NCBI GenBank assembly: GCA_022564195.1
Contig: JADFLW010000008.1
Span: 1 to 54,690 of the forward strand
Length of the DNA: 54,690 nt
Direction: 5' to 3'
From: Patescibacteria group bacterium
Lineage (GTDB): Bacteria; Patescibacteriota; Microgenomatia; UBA1400; Chisholmbacteraceae
Part shown: positions 9,764-19,308 of the stretch, in pieces
Layout of the letters: every line of letters starts with the position of its first letter
Position numbering within the stretch: the stretch's first letter is position 1
The notes under the pieces: generated by a model
The model's database searches: none
The model's input: the letters and a program-made list of their open reading frames with translations, nothing else
Told to the model about the DNA's origin: nothing
Made by a program: the position numbers and the translations under genes

Positions 9764-10590
9764 GTACCTACCATATGAAGCGTAGGAAGAGCGCTCCTCG
9801 CCAGCGGTCGTCAATCCCAGTAGTGGTACTCTGTGGTGGGAAGGGGTCTAGATTAAGAGAAGAAACCGAGTTTCGTCCGAAGCCGATGATTTCTATTGGT
9901 GGCAAGCCCATCCTTTGGCACATAATGAAAATCTATGCCCATTGGGGTTTTAACAAATTCGTCATCGCTCTCGGCTATAAGGGTGAACAAATCAAGGAGT
10001 ACTTCCTTCATCAACATCATCTTTCTTCAGACTTCACCCCGCAGATGCCCACGGGGAAGAAGGTCTTACATACAAACAATGTCCGAGAAAAAGTCGATCA
10101 TTACCGGATTATCTTTGCGGAAACTGGACTCGAAACCTTGCACGGGGAGCGGGTCCTTCTCTGTAAACCTTATATCCGCACGAGTCGTTTCATGGTTACC
10201 TACGGCGACGGTGTGATAGACTTGAATCTTCGAGAGGTTCTCGCTTTCCACAAGAAGATGGGGGTCATTGGAACAATCACCGGCGTGCACCCGCGATCCA
10301 AGTGGGGACTGGTCAAAACCGATGCAAAGGGGTTTGCCACGCGCTTTCGTCAGAAACCAGTGCTTGACGAGTACGTGAACGGAGGTTTTATGGTGTTTGA
10401 ACGGGAATTCTTTTCGTACCTTCGACTCGGTGAGTGGATCGAGTCGGGCCTGGAGCGTTTGGTCGAGAAACGTCAGCTTGCTGTTTACCCACATGATGGA
10501 TTTTGGTATGCGATGGACACGTATCAGGATATGGAGGCGTTGCAGGAGATGTGGAAGAGAAATCCAAAATGGAAAGTTTGGGAGGGTTAG
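9760..10590 (+). CDS. rfbF: glucose-1-phosphate cytidylyltransferase
   Basis: VVLCGGKGSRLREETEFRPKPMISIGGKPILWHIMKIY... is the classic RfbF/DdhA N-terminus. ATGA start/stop overlap with the upstream gene. Confidence 0.85.
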   Translation: MSTYHMKRRKSAPRQRSSIPVVVLCGGKGSRLREETEFRPKPMISIGGKPILWHIMKIYAHWGFNKFVIALGYKGEQIKEYFLHQHHLSSDFTPQMPTGKKVLHTNNVREKVDHYRIIFAETGLETLHGERVLLCKPYIRTSRFMVTYGDGVIDLNLREVLAFHKKMGVIGTITGVHPRSKWGLVKTDAKGFATRFRQKPVLDEYVNGGFMVFEREFFSYLRLGEWIESGLERLVEKRQLAVYPHDGFWYAMDTYQDMEALQEMWKRNPKWKVWEG

Positions 10591-10596
10591 ATTTCT

Positions 10597-11559
10597 ATGA
10601 GGCGGGTCCTTATTACCGGTGCTTCCGGATTCATCGGGGCAAACTTTTTCCACTACTTCCGTAAACGCAAGGCCTCAATTTTCCTTCTCGATAAGAAGTT
10701 CACCTGGCGCTTGAGACAGAGCACGCTCAAACAGGCTGCTCAAGTGATTGAAATTGATCTGAGAAAATCGCAAGCGGTCAGGGATGTTGTCCGTAATATG
10801 CGCCCAACCCATGTGTTCCATTTTGCTTCTGCTGGCGTATCGAGCCCGAAGGACTCTGGGCGGACTATCGTCTCGACCAACGCGTTGTCCTCGTTGGCGC
10901 TCTTGCAATCGCTGAAAAACACACCGCCAAAGATTTTTGTCAATATCGGCAGTTGCTTTGAATACGGAAGTCATCCAACCTCTATCGACGAATCGACCGC
11001 CGTTGCACCGTTGACTGTGTATTCCGCATCGAAGGTCGCAAGTACGTATCTTACTGAAGCGTTCGGACGATCTTTCTCCATCCCCGTCGTCACGCTTCGC
11101 CTGTTTGGCCTGTTTGGACCGTATGACGCCCCGCAACGACTCGTGGCACACAGCATCCTTTCCATCCTGAACAACAAACCCTCCATCACTATGACACAAG
11201 GATCCCAGGTTCTCGATTACTTGTATATTGAAGATCTCATGGGAGTCTTCGATACGATTATGCGCTACCCTTCCCTTATCCCTCCTTATGAGATCATCAA
11301 CATCGGGAGCGGAAGAGGTATCACTATCAAAGAGGTTGTTGAAATGATCCGTTCGCTGATGGATTCGGATATCCCGCTTTCCCCCGCGATCCCAACCAGA
11401 AGATTCGAATACCAACGACTGGTCGCCGATATCAGCAAAGCCAGGAAGCTTTTGGGCTGGGCTCCTACGTTTGGGCTCAAACACGGTCTTCTGCGTACCA
11501 TCCGTTGGTTCAAAAAAAACCTTCATCTGTATGACTCACTTCTCTCTGATCATGGTTGA
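10597..11559 (+). CDS. NAD-dependent epimerase/dehydratase (extended SDR)
   Basis: GASGFIGANF Rossmann motif and YSASK catalytic motif. The exact reaction cannot be assigned. Confidence 0.8.
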   Translation: MRRVLITGASGFIGANFFHYFRKRKASIFLLDKKFTWRLRQSTLKQAAQVIEIDLRKSQAVRDVVRNMRPTHVFHFASAGVSSPKDSGRTIVSTNALSSLALLQSLKNTPPKIFVNIGSCFEYGSHPTSIDESTAVAPLTVYSASKVASTYLTEAFGRSFSIPVVTLRLFGLFGPYDAPQRLVAHSILSILNNKPSITMTQGSQVLDYLYIEDLMGVFDTIMRYPSLIPPYEIINIGSGRGITIKEVVEMIRSLMDSDIPLSPAIPTRRFEYQRLVADISKARKLLGWAPTFGLKHGLLRTIRWFKKNLHLYDSLLSDHG

Positions 11560-11583
11560 CACATGATATACTGATCCAAAATC

Positions 11584-12612
11584 ATGGCAGCGACACGCCT
11601 TTTGGTAACAGGGAGTGAAGGCTACATAGGGTCTGTTTTGGTTCCGCTTCTTTTAGGAAACGGGTACGATATTGTAGGGATAGACTCCTATTTCTTTCCA
11701 CTCAATGGTGACCGGCTTTCCAAAACACCTTATCGACGTGTTCAAAAAGATATCCGAGACTTGAAACTTGAGGATTTTGCTGGGGTTGAGCACCTTGTGC
11801 ATTTGGCTGCACTCTCAAACGATCCTCTCGGTGAAATCAATCCGAAACTCACCGAAGAAATCAATCACCATGCGACGCTTCGCCTGGCACGATTAGCTAA
11901 GGCTGCGGGCGTGCGACGCTTTGTTTTTGCCTCTTCATGTAGCGTCTATGGCTCCCAGGAAGGATTGCTGGATGAAACGGCTCCAGTACAACCGCTTTCA
12001 GCGTACGCGAGGTCAAAAGCCGCCGCAGAAGCGGAACTTCTGAATCTTGCGTCAGAAACGTTCTCTCCAATTGTTCTACGCAACGCAACTGTGTATGGTC
12101 CTTCTCCGAACATGCGTTCAGATTTGGTGCTTAATAACCTTATCTCTTTAGCTCATCTTACTGGGCTGGTGAAATTAATGAGTGATGGGAGAGCTTGGCG
12201 CCCGATGGTTCACGTCATCGATGTTGCTTCTGCTATCCTGCTGTGTCTCAAACGTCCTATCGAAGCTCTTCATGCTCAAATTTTTAACATCGGTTTCAAC
12301 GATCAAAATTATCAAATACGAAAACTCGCCTCCGAAATTCACCGTTGTTATCCTGCTTTTCGTATTTCGATAACAGACGGGAATCATGACAAAAGAAGTT
12401 ATCGGGTGGACTTTTCTAAAGCGAAGAAATACCTTGATCTTGTTCCCAAGAAGACGGTTGGGGACGGTATTAAAGAAGTCATCAGACTCTTCAAAACGCG
12501 TCGAGTATCTTATGAACAGTTGTTTGGAGAGGACTACGTTCGGCTTGAGCGCTTACAAAGCTTACTGAGTCAGAGGCTTCTTGATGAGAAACTGAGATGG
12601 GTCCAAAAATAA
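11584..12612 (+). CDS. NAD-dependent epimerase/dehydratase (extended SDR)
   Basis: TGSEGYIGS Rossmann motif, SSCSVYG and YARSK motifs. The exact reaction cannot be assigned. Confidence 0.8.
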   Translation: MAATRLLVTGSEGYIGSVLVPLLLGNGYDIVGIDSYFFPLNGDRLSKTPYRRVQKDIRDLKLEDFAGVEHLVHLAALSNDPLGEINPKLTEEINHHATLRLARLAKAAGVRRFVFASSCSVYGSQEGLLDETAPVQPLSAYARSKAAAEAELLNLASETFSPIVLRNATVYGPSPNMRSDLVLNNLISLAHLTGLVKLMSDGRAWRPMVHVIDVASAILLCLKRPIEALHAQIFNIGFNDQNYQIRKLASEIHRCYPAFRISITDGNHDKRSYRVDFSKAKKYLDLVPKKTVGDGIKEVIRLFKTRRVSYEQLFGEDYVRLERLQSLLSQRLLDEKLRWVQK

Positions 12613-13976
12613 AGAAAAGCTCAAGTCGACTATCCAAAGTTTCACAAAAAACGCTTAAGAAAAAGATCCATAGACTTGTTGAGCGATACTTCTACGCTGC
12701 CCATCTTCAAGGTGATTTTGTTCCTATGAGAGATCGTATTCGCTATTCGGGAAGAGTGTATGACAAAAACGAACTCATCAGTCTCGTTGATGCGTCTTTG
12801 GATTTTTGGCTTACTGAAGGTCCGTATGCGGAAGCGTTTGGACGCTCATTGCGAAAATTTCTCGGCTTGGATTACGCTTCCTTGGTAAACTCTGGTTCCT
12901 CTGCAAACTTGATTGCACTCTCCGCTTTAACCTCGCTGAGACTTGAAGACCGCCGAATTCGGCCAGGTGATGAAGTGATTACCGCCGCATGTGGCTTTCC
13001 CACAACAGTGAATCCAATTCTCCAAATTGGAGCTGTTCCAGTGTTTGTCGATGTCGGTCTCCTGACTGGAAACGCTATCGCTTCTCAAATTCGTAAAGCC
13101 ATCGGTAAAAAAACCAAAGCAATAATGATGGCACATACCCTTGGTTTTCCGTTTGATCTTGATGCCGTTATGCGCTTGGCTACTTCTCACAAACTTTGGG
13201 TTATCGAAGACTGTTGTGACGCGTTTGGTGCAACTTTTGGTGGAAAAAAGGTCGGCACCTTTGGCCATATTGCAACGCTCAGTTTCTATCCAGCTCATCA
13301 TATCACCACTGGTGAAGGAGGAGCTATCTTAACAAACAATCCCTTGCTTTACCGGATCATTGAGTCGTTTCGTAATTGGGGGAGAGACTGTTGGTGTAGA
13401 CCGGGTGAAGACGACCTGTGCGGAAAACGCTTCGGATGGAAGCTGGGTACACTGCCGTTTGGATACGATCATAAGTTTATTTACTCCGAGATAGGCTACA
13501 ATCTCAAGATGACGGATTTGCAAGCCGCGATTGGGGTGGAGCAGATGAAGAAACTTCCTTCTTTTATTCGAGCAAGGAGAAGGAATTGGAAGCAACTTTT
13601 TCACGCATTACAGCCTTTTGAACGATACTTCGTCCTCCAAAAAAAGCATCCGAAGTCGGTTCCTAGTCCGTTTGGTTTTATGCTGGTTGTCCGCGATAGC
13701 GCCCCGTTTACTCGTGATCAAGTTGTTCGCTTTCTTGAAAAACACAACATCGCTACTCGGATGCTTTTTGCTGGAAATCTTCTCAAGCATCCAGCCTATA
13801 CAACGATAAAACACAGAATTGTCGGTAAACTTACGAACAGCGATTTTATTATGAGCAATGGGTTTTGGGTTGGTGTCTATCCCGGAATGACAAAGCCACA
13901 GATGAATTATCTCATCTCAATATTCAAGAAATTCTTCGCAAACTACCTTCACCGTAAAGAAAGCATCAAGCAATAG
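12597..13976 (+). CDS. rfbH: CDP-6-deoxy-L-threo-D-glycero-4-hexulose-3-dehydrase (E1; DegT/DnrJ/EryC1 fold)
   Basis: NSGSSANLIA...GDEVITAACGFPTTVNPILQ. FYPAHHITTGEGG has His where aminotransferases have the Schiff-base Lys. The Cys pattern is C-X57-C-X1-C-X7-C (DCC...RDCWCRPGEDDLC). Confidence 0.85.
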   Translation: MGPKIKKSSSRLSKVSQKTLKKKIHRLVERYFYAAHLQGDFVPMRDRIRYSGRVYDKNELISLVDASLDFWLTEGPYAEAFGRSLRKFLGLDYASLVNSGSSANLIALSALTSLRLEDRRIRPGDEVITAACGFPTTVNPILQIGAVPVFVDVGLLTGNAIASQIRKAIGKKTKAIMMAHTLGFPFDLDAVMRLATSHKLWVIEDCCDAFGATFGGKKVGTFGHIATLSFYPAHHITTGEGGAILTNNPLLYRIIESFRNWGRDCWCRPGEDDLCGKRFGWKLGTLPFGYDHKFIYSEIGYNLKMTDLQAAIGVEQMKKLPSFIRARRRNWKQLFHALQPFERYFVLQKKHPKSVPSPFGFMLVVRDSAPFTRDQVVRFLEKHNIATRMLFAGNLLKHPAYTTIKHRIVGKLTNSDFIMSNGFWVGVYPGMTKPQMNYLISIFKKFFANYLHRKESIKQ

Positions 13977-14046
13977 CGTCATCGTTTAATAGAAATTCTT
14001 TCTACCAAATTTGTGCCGGATTTTGACAATTACCCTTTACTATCCT

Positions 14047-14961
14047 TCACTGGTTCCGGGACTCTTTTTTGAAAAACAGATAGCCAATACCCAAGCCCCG
14101 CAGTTTAAAGAAAAACTCGATCGCAGTATGATACAGTTGTTTAACACCACTTCTTTGAAAATGTAGAAGAGACTTTATACTCCCCTTCAGCTTTTTATGC
14201 GAGTCTCTGAAGTTGTCTGACACGATTTTCTTTGCAAATTGTTCTCCTCTCATAGCGAAATAGCCGTAACATGCTAACTCTCCGCACGAATACGCCCACA
14301 TTTGTTTTTGAAACTCTTTTTTTGTTAGCCATCGGTCATGGTAGACCTTCACTTTGGGATCGCGCAGAATTTTAAAACCGCTTAATAGAACCCTTTGAGC
14401 GAATTCCGCATCCTCAGCGGCTAAGCCAATCGCTGATGGGCCTAACCATTCTTTAAATAACCCCATCTTGCGAAATACCTCTCTTTTAAATGCCATGTTG
14501 TTGCCAAAGCCAATATATTTCCAATGAGGGGTCGGTTTAGTAATGATCCTCTCTTTGGTGCTTACAAAGATACCTGGACAAAGTTTTCCTTTGTTTAAAA
14601 ATGGCTCATGCGGTAGTACTTGACCAAAAACTCCTACTATATTTTTGTGCTCTTTGAGCGCGTGATGGATGTTCTTGAGCCAGTGTTTTTCAACTAAACA
14701 ATCGTCGTCGGTGAAGGCGAGAATTTCGCCGCTGGCTCTTTTTACAGCGTCATTTAATCCTTTTGATTTACCTTTGGTATTCATTTTCGAGTATACAATT
14801 TTTGCTGAACCCAACTGCTTGACGACGCTCTTTGTGGAATAGCCCTTGCTTTGATCAACTATGATTACTTCAAAATCTGAAACATCGCTGGCTAAAATTT
14901 TTTTGAGGCACTCTTGAATTTTTTCCGGACGGTTGAGGGTGGAGATTATTACGGAGATCAT
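14047..14961 (-). CDS. GT2 glycosyltransferase (tandem paralog B)
   Basis: I take the internal start MISVIISTLNRPEK at 14961. AFTDDDC DxD motif. The TAATG junction overlaps the upstream paralog's stop by 1 nt. Confidence 0.8.
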   Translation of the reverse strand: MISVIISTLNRPEKIQECLKKILASDVSDFEVIIVDQSKGYSTKSVVKQLGSAKIVYSKMNTKGKSKGLNDAVKRASGEILAFTDDDCLVEKHWLKNIHHALKEHKNIVGVFGQVLPHEPFLNKGKLCPGIFVSTKERIITKPTPHWKYIGFGNNMAFKREVFRKMGLFKEWLGPSAIGLAAEDAEFAQRVLLSGFKILRDPKVKVYHDRWLTKKEFQKQMWAYSCGELACYGYFAMRGEQFAKKIVSDNFRDSHKKLKGSIKSLLHFQRSGVKQLYHTAIEFFFKLRGLGIGYLFFKKESRNQ

Positions 14962-15899
14962 TACTTTTTCTGCATTCTTTTTAATCTCGCAAAATATCGA
15001 GCAACTAAAACACCTTGTGCATAATACAGAGCGTGGATTGTGACATCGAATGCAATTCTTACCAGCCACTTCGGGTGAAATTCTACAATGCAGGTTTTTA
15101 TTTCTTGATGTCTTTTTTCTCGCTTGTCTTTGAACACCCGAATTATGTATTTTTTATTTCTCTTGTCACCAAGGAAGTAATAATATTCCAGCACACTTAT
15201 CGTGCCGTAATTGTAGGAAAATTGTTGCTTCTCATATTCTCTTTGGTTAAGCCAGCGGTCGTGGTACACGAGAATTTCAGGATTAAACAGAATTCTTGTT
15301 CCTTGTTTTTTTTCTCTTAATACTCTGTAGATCAGTTCTCCTTCTTCTCCTGCGCGACCAACTGATCCGGCGCCGAGCCACTCTTTGAAATCACCTATTT
15401 TGTTGAAGGTGCTTTTTCTTACCGCTATGTTATTCCCGATGCCAAAATCGAAAAGTTCATACGATATTTTCGTGAGTATTTCTCTTTTGGTTCTTCTGGG
15501 ATCCGATACGCCAGGGGAAATTAAACCAGGATGGTGTTCCGGTCGGAATGGTACTACTCTGCCAAACACCACAGGAAACGATTCCTTTTCTTGGAAACTT
15601 GAATCGATGTTCTTGAGCCAGTGTTTGTCAACTATACAGTCGTCTGTGGTGAAGGCGAGAATGTTGCCTTTGCTCACCCTTATCCCTAGATTTCTGGCTC
15701 GACTTAATCCTTTTCGGCCTATTTTAATGTATCTTATCGACTCATTTAAAAATTTCTGTACCACTCTCTTGGTTGTGTTGCCTCTGTTCTGGTCAATGAC
15801 AATAATCTCAAAACCAGAAAACGTGTTCGCGAGGATGGAATAGAGACAGTTCTGAAGCTTTTCTGGACGATTGAGTGTGGAAATGATGACAGAGATCAT
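14961..15899 (-). CDS. GT2 glycosyltransferase (tandem paralog A)
   Basis: MISVIISTLNRPEKLQ..., AFTTDDC. Clearly paralogous to the next gene. Confidence 0.8.
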   Translation of the reverse strand: MISVIISTLNRPEKLQNCLYSILANTFSGFEIIVIDQNRGNTTKRVVQKFLNESIRYIKIGRKGLSRARNLGIRVSKGNILAFTTDDCIVDKHWLKNIDSSFQEKESFPVVFGRVVPFRPEHHPGLISPGVSDPRRTKREILTKISYELFDFGIGNNIAVRKSTFNKIGDFKEWLGAGSVGRAGEEGELIYRVLREKKQGTRILFNPEILVYHDRWLNQREYEKQQFSYNYGTISVLEYYYFLGDKRNKKYIIRVFKDKREKRHQEIKTCIVEFHPKWLVRIAFDVTIHALYYAQGVLVARYFARLKRMQKK

Positions 15900-17101
15900 T
15901 GATCTTTCAATCTTTTTTCTAGCAGCTTTTTAACGCTTCTCTCCCATGTTTGTAAGGAGTATTTATGCGATGCTTCTTCTCTTGCGGCTTGACCCATCTG
16001 CCGTATGTGGCTGAGGGTTTCGTTTTGAATCAGATTTTGTATGGCCCTGATTAACCCCTTTGTGTTGACATCACTAATCAAATATCCGGTTTTGTTGTTC
16101 TTGATAATTTCCGGGCTGGCTCCTTTCTTGAAAGCAATGACTGGAGTAGCACACGACATTGCTTCGATGATCGTAAACCCGAACGGTTCTCTCCATATCG
16201 AGGGAAAAACTACAAAATTAGCAGCGTGATAGAGTTTCGGTAAACTACGATAGTTTTTCTTCCCGACAATCTCGGTATTTTTTAATCTCTTTGCTTCCCG
16301 ATACACTCTTTCTGAAATTTTCTTCGCCTTTCGGCGTACATCGATATTCGACCAAAGATCCGGTCCACCTGCCAGAAGGAGTTTAAACTTCAAACCCTTT
16401 TCTTCTAATACTCGAGCAGCTTTTAATAACATAAAAATGCCTTTTCGTTTATTCCAGTTGCTGGCATAGAGAAAAGTTAGATGCTGCTTGTGTCTGACTC
16501 TGTTCATTTCTTTTTTGGGTTGAAAGAGTGCTGTATCTATACCGTTATGGATTACCTCATGTCTGTTCGGAGACAGGTGTGGGTGGTTTTTTATAAATTT
16601 CGTGCAAAGGTTTTTTGAGACAAAATAAAAATACGTCTGTTGGTATCGACTTTTCAACATTCTTTGTAATGGGAAAAACACGTATCCTGCCGGGTATCCA
16701 ATTCTTAGTATTGTCCGTCTGGGAGAGAGAAGAGAGACGAGTGGAACATTGAAGGATACTAAAACATCGCAATCAATTGATTTCATAATAAACAATAGAC
16801 AATACGGAAGTTCTGCTAAGACTTTTATATAACTGCCAATCTTCCATAACAAAGGATCATGGTGTGATCGGTCGATCAGTTTTTCACCAATTTCCTTCAA
16901 CCAAGTAGGGTAGAACAATTTGTTTATTATATATTTCTTTCCACTCTTTACTTTTGCAGCCGAAAATGATTTGCGGTCTATTCTCTCTTTGTAAAGAAAG
17001 TCCAAAAAAAGTAAAAATGCTCTTTCCGTGCCTCCGCAGGAGTTACTGTCAATTACCTCTATGCCCGGATCGAGTAGAAGAGCAACTTTCATTTTCCTCA
17101 T
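15896..17101 (-). CDS. GT4 (GT-B fold) glycosyltransferase
   Basis: REPFGFTIIEAMSCATPVIAF...GYL signature. ATGA overlap with the downstream GT2. Confidence 0.85.
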   Translation of the reverse strand: MRKMKVALLLDPGIEVIDSNSCGGTERAFLLFLDFLYKERIDRKSFSAAKVKSGKKYIINKLFYPTWLKEIGEKLIDRSHHDPLLWKIGSYIKVLAELPYCLLFIMKSIDCDVLVSFNVPLVSLLSPRRTILRIGYPAGYVFFPLQRMLKSRYQQTYFYFVSKNLCTKFIKNHPHLSPNRHEVIHNGIDTALFQPKKEMNRVRHKQHLTFLYASNWNKRKGIFMLLKAARVLEEKGLKFKLLLAGGPDLWSNIDVRRKAKKISERVYREAKRLKNTEIVGKKNYRSLPKLYHAANFVVFPSIWREPFGFTIIEAMSCATPVIAFKKGASPEIIKNNKTGYLISDVNTKGLIRAIQNLIQNETLSHIRQMGQAAREEASHKYSLQTWERSVKKLLEKRLKDQ

Positions 17102-17187
17102 TTATTATATTTATTTTGTTGATTGGTACACATTTCTATGACACAATCATAATGGATAATGGAAATTTTCCATAATGAGATCAGATA

Positions 17188-18381
17188 ATGAAGAAGATTC
17201 GTGTTAGCAAAGCTCTCATCATATCCTTCGTTTGGGCTTTCGTTTTTATTTCACTTTTTCAAAAGTCAAGATATGATTTGAGAAGAGAGTCGGACATAGA
17301 ATTCTTTGATGGAGACATCGCTTCAGACGTTGGTACGTTATCCTGTAAAGATATTAATATTTATAATTCTAGAAATTTGGGCCTTGCCCATCTCATTGAC
17401 ATGGATGGAAACGTGTTGCACAGTTGGTCAGCGAACAAAGGTCCTTGGCTCCATATAGAAATGAGTGACAAAGGAGACTTGTTTGTCAACGTTAAAGATG
17501 AAGTGTTAATGAAGCTTGATTGGGATTCTAATATCATTTGGGAGAACTCCTCTCGTTTCCATCATGACATCGATATAGCAGAAAATGGAGATATCTATTC
17601 GTTGACACGGGGTAGACTTGATGTGCCCTATCAATCGACGACCATTCCCATCCTTAATGATTATATCGTCATTTTATCGCCTGATGGTACGATTAAAAAA
17701 AGTGTATCTGTCTTTAAACTCTTTGGTGACAGAATACCCAAGGAGGTTTTTGATGAAATTGTCGAATATTTAGAAGAACATCCCGATGAGAGGAATGATG
17801 GTTTTATGATTGGAAAAGGCAAGCCTTTTGACTTGTTCCACGCTAATTCGTTGGAAATTACTACAAAGGATATTGAAGGCGTCTCTAAAAGAGGTAACGT
17901 ATTGGTTTCTCTGAGGGCACTGAATCTTATCGTTATCATTGATCTTGAGCAAGAAGAAGTTGTTTGGACGTGGGGAGAGGGTTTCCTCAGCAAGCAACAT
18001 CATCCGACGGTCTTGGACAATGGAAACATTTTAATTTTCGATAATGAAGGTAATAATGGCTACAGCAGGGTCGTTGAAATTAACCCTTTATCTCTCGAGG
18101 CAGAATGGGTATATCAGACTACACCGCCGGAAAACTTCTACTCACGGCTTCGAGGTGGGAATCAAAGACTTCCTAATGGAAACACCCTCATTACAGAGAG
18201 TGATAAAGGACATGTTTTTGAACTAACCAAAGAGGGGGAAACTGTCTGGGAATTTTGGAATCCTGCTTTTGACGAAGAGACAAATGAAAGAGCACCTATT
18301 TACCGCATGATGCGACTTGATACTCAAGTCGTTCGCAAGCTTCCTATCGCTCAACAAGTTTGCGAAAATTCTTCATCATAA
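17188..18381 (+). CDS. arylsulfotransferase (ASST)-family beta-propeller protein with an N-terminal membrane anchor
   Basis: HHDIDIAENGDIY, FHANSLE, LVSLRALNLIVIID, QHHPTVLDNGNILIFDNEGN and LPNGNTLITESDKGHVFE repeats are typical of ASST-like propellers. Family assignment is from memory. Confidence 0.6.
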   Translation: MKKIRVSKALIISFVWAFVFISLFQKSRYDLRRESDIEFFDGDIASDVGTLSCKDINIYNSRNLGLAHLIDMDGNVLHSWSANKGPWLHIEMSDKGDLFVNVKDEVLMKLDWDSNIIWENSSRFHHDIDIAENGDIYSLTRGRLDVPYQSTTIPILNDYIVILSPDGTIKKSVSVFKLFGDRIPKEVFDEIVEYLEEHPDERNDGFMIGKGKPFDLFHANSLEITTKDIEGVSKRGNVLVSLRALNLIVIIDLEQEEVVWTWGEGFLSKQHHPTVLDNGNILIFDNEGNNGYSRVVEINPLSLEAEWVYQTTPPENFYSRLRGGNQRLPNGNTLITESDKGHVFELTKEGETVWEFWNPAFDEETNERAPIYRMMRLDTQVVRKLPIAQQVCENSSS

Positions 18382-18408
18382 GTACCTTTATTGTTTATAT
18401 ATTCTTGT

Positions 18409-19284
18409 TTACCGTACATTCATGAATGTCGTGATAACGTCTCCGGGTGAGTGTGCCAGAGTTTCATTTTGTTCAAGTGTTTTCATTTGGTGTTTCTTCA
18501 CTAGATAAGCAAAAAACTCTTTATCAATATATGACCGGAACTTTTCCTTTCTCACGTAGTCTTCACTTTCATCTGGATACGTTCCAGCATGATGAATAAT
18601 CGCCACTCCATTTGGTTTTAGGATTCGGTGAAATTCAGCGAGATATCTTTCTATATCCGTTGGATTCATATGAACAAATACATCATACGACCAGATATAG
18701 TCGGTCGAATTCGTCCGTATAAAGTTCAATCCGCCGTCTTTAATGAGAAAATACTCTATATTTGAACGATCCTTAAATCTCTCTTTGCAGATTTTTAAAC
18801 ATCTTTCCGAAATGTCAGCTACCAGAAGTTGTTTCACTCTCTTCAGCAATATCTCTGTCCAACGACCAGCTCCAGGACCAATTTCAAGTACTGTTGAACC
18901 CTCTGTTATATATTTTTTCATCATTTTATTAATTAAATTTGCCTTCCATTGATGTGGATCAATCCCTTTTAGGCGTTTTACATCTTTGGTCCATTCCTCT
19001 CCACCACCGTATGACCAATCGTATCTATTCCATCTTTTTTTATTTTCTTCAATGGTGTGATACAGAGAGCAAATTGTTCCCTCACCAGTTAAGAACTTGT
19101 GTTTTTCGATACGAATAAGAAGTCTTTCTAATTTTTCGATTAGGTATGTAAAAATACCCATATACTTTATTATCAGCCAGCGGAGCGTATGCAAAACTGT
19201 CCATGCTGGCCCCCTTTCATTGATCCACTTCTTCACTTTTTTCGCTCTCCTCATATCTACATCGACATTGATTAACTGATACAT
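18409..19284 (-). CDS. class I SAM-dependent methyltransferase
   Basis: VLEIGPGAGRWT motif I and the downstream LVADIS acidic motif. Confidence 0.8.
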   Translation of the reverse strand: MYQLINVDVDMRRAKKVKKWINERGPAWTVLHTLRWLIIKYMGIFTYLIEKLERLLIRIEKHKFLTGEGTICSLYHTIEENKKRWNRYDWSYGGGEEWTKDVKRLKGIDPHQWKANLINKMMKKYITEGSTVLEIGPGAGRWTEILLKRVKQLLVADISERCLKICKERFKDRSNIEYFLIKDGGLNFIRTNSTDYIWSYDVFVHMNPTDIERYLAEFHRILKPNGVAIIHHAGTYPDESEDYVRKEKFRSYIDKEFFAYLVKKHQMKTLEQNETLAHSPGDVITTFMNVR

Positions 19285-19308
19285 CGTTACAATAAGAATT
19301 TCAGGAAT

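Noticed and set aside
10675-11526. 283-aa ORF antisense to the SDR gene at 10597..11559
   Set aside because: It lies wholly inside a well-supported sense gene. The product is rich in Arg/Asp/Gly/Ser with no motifs or hydrophobic core. This is a typical shadow ORF.
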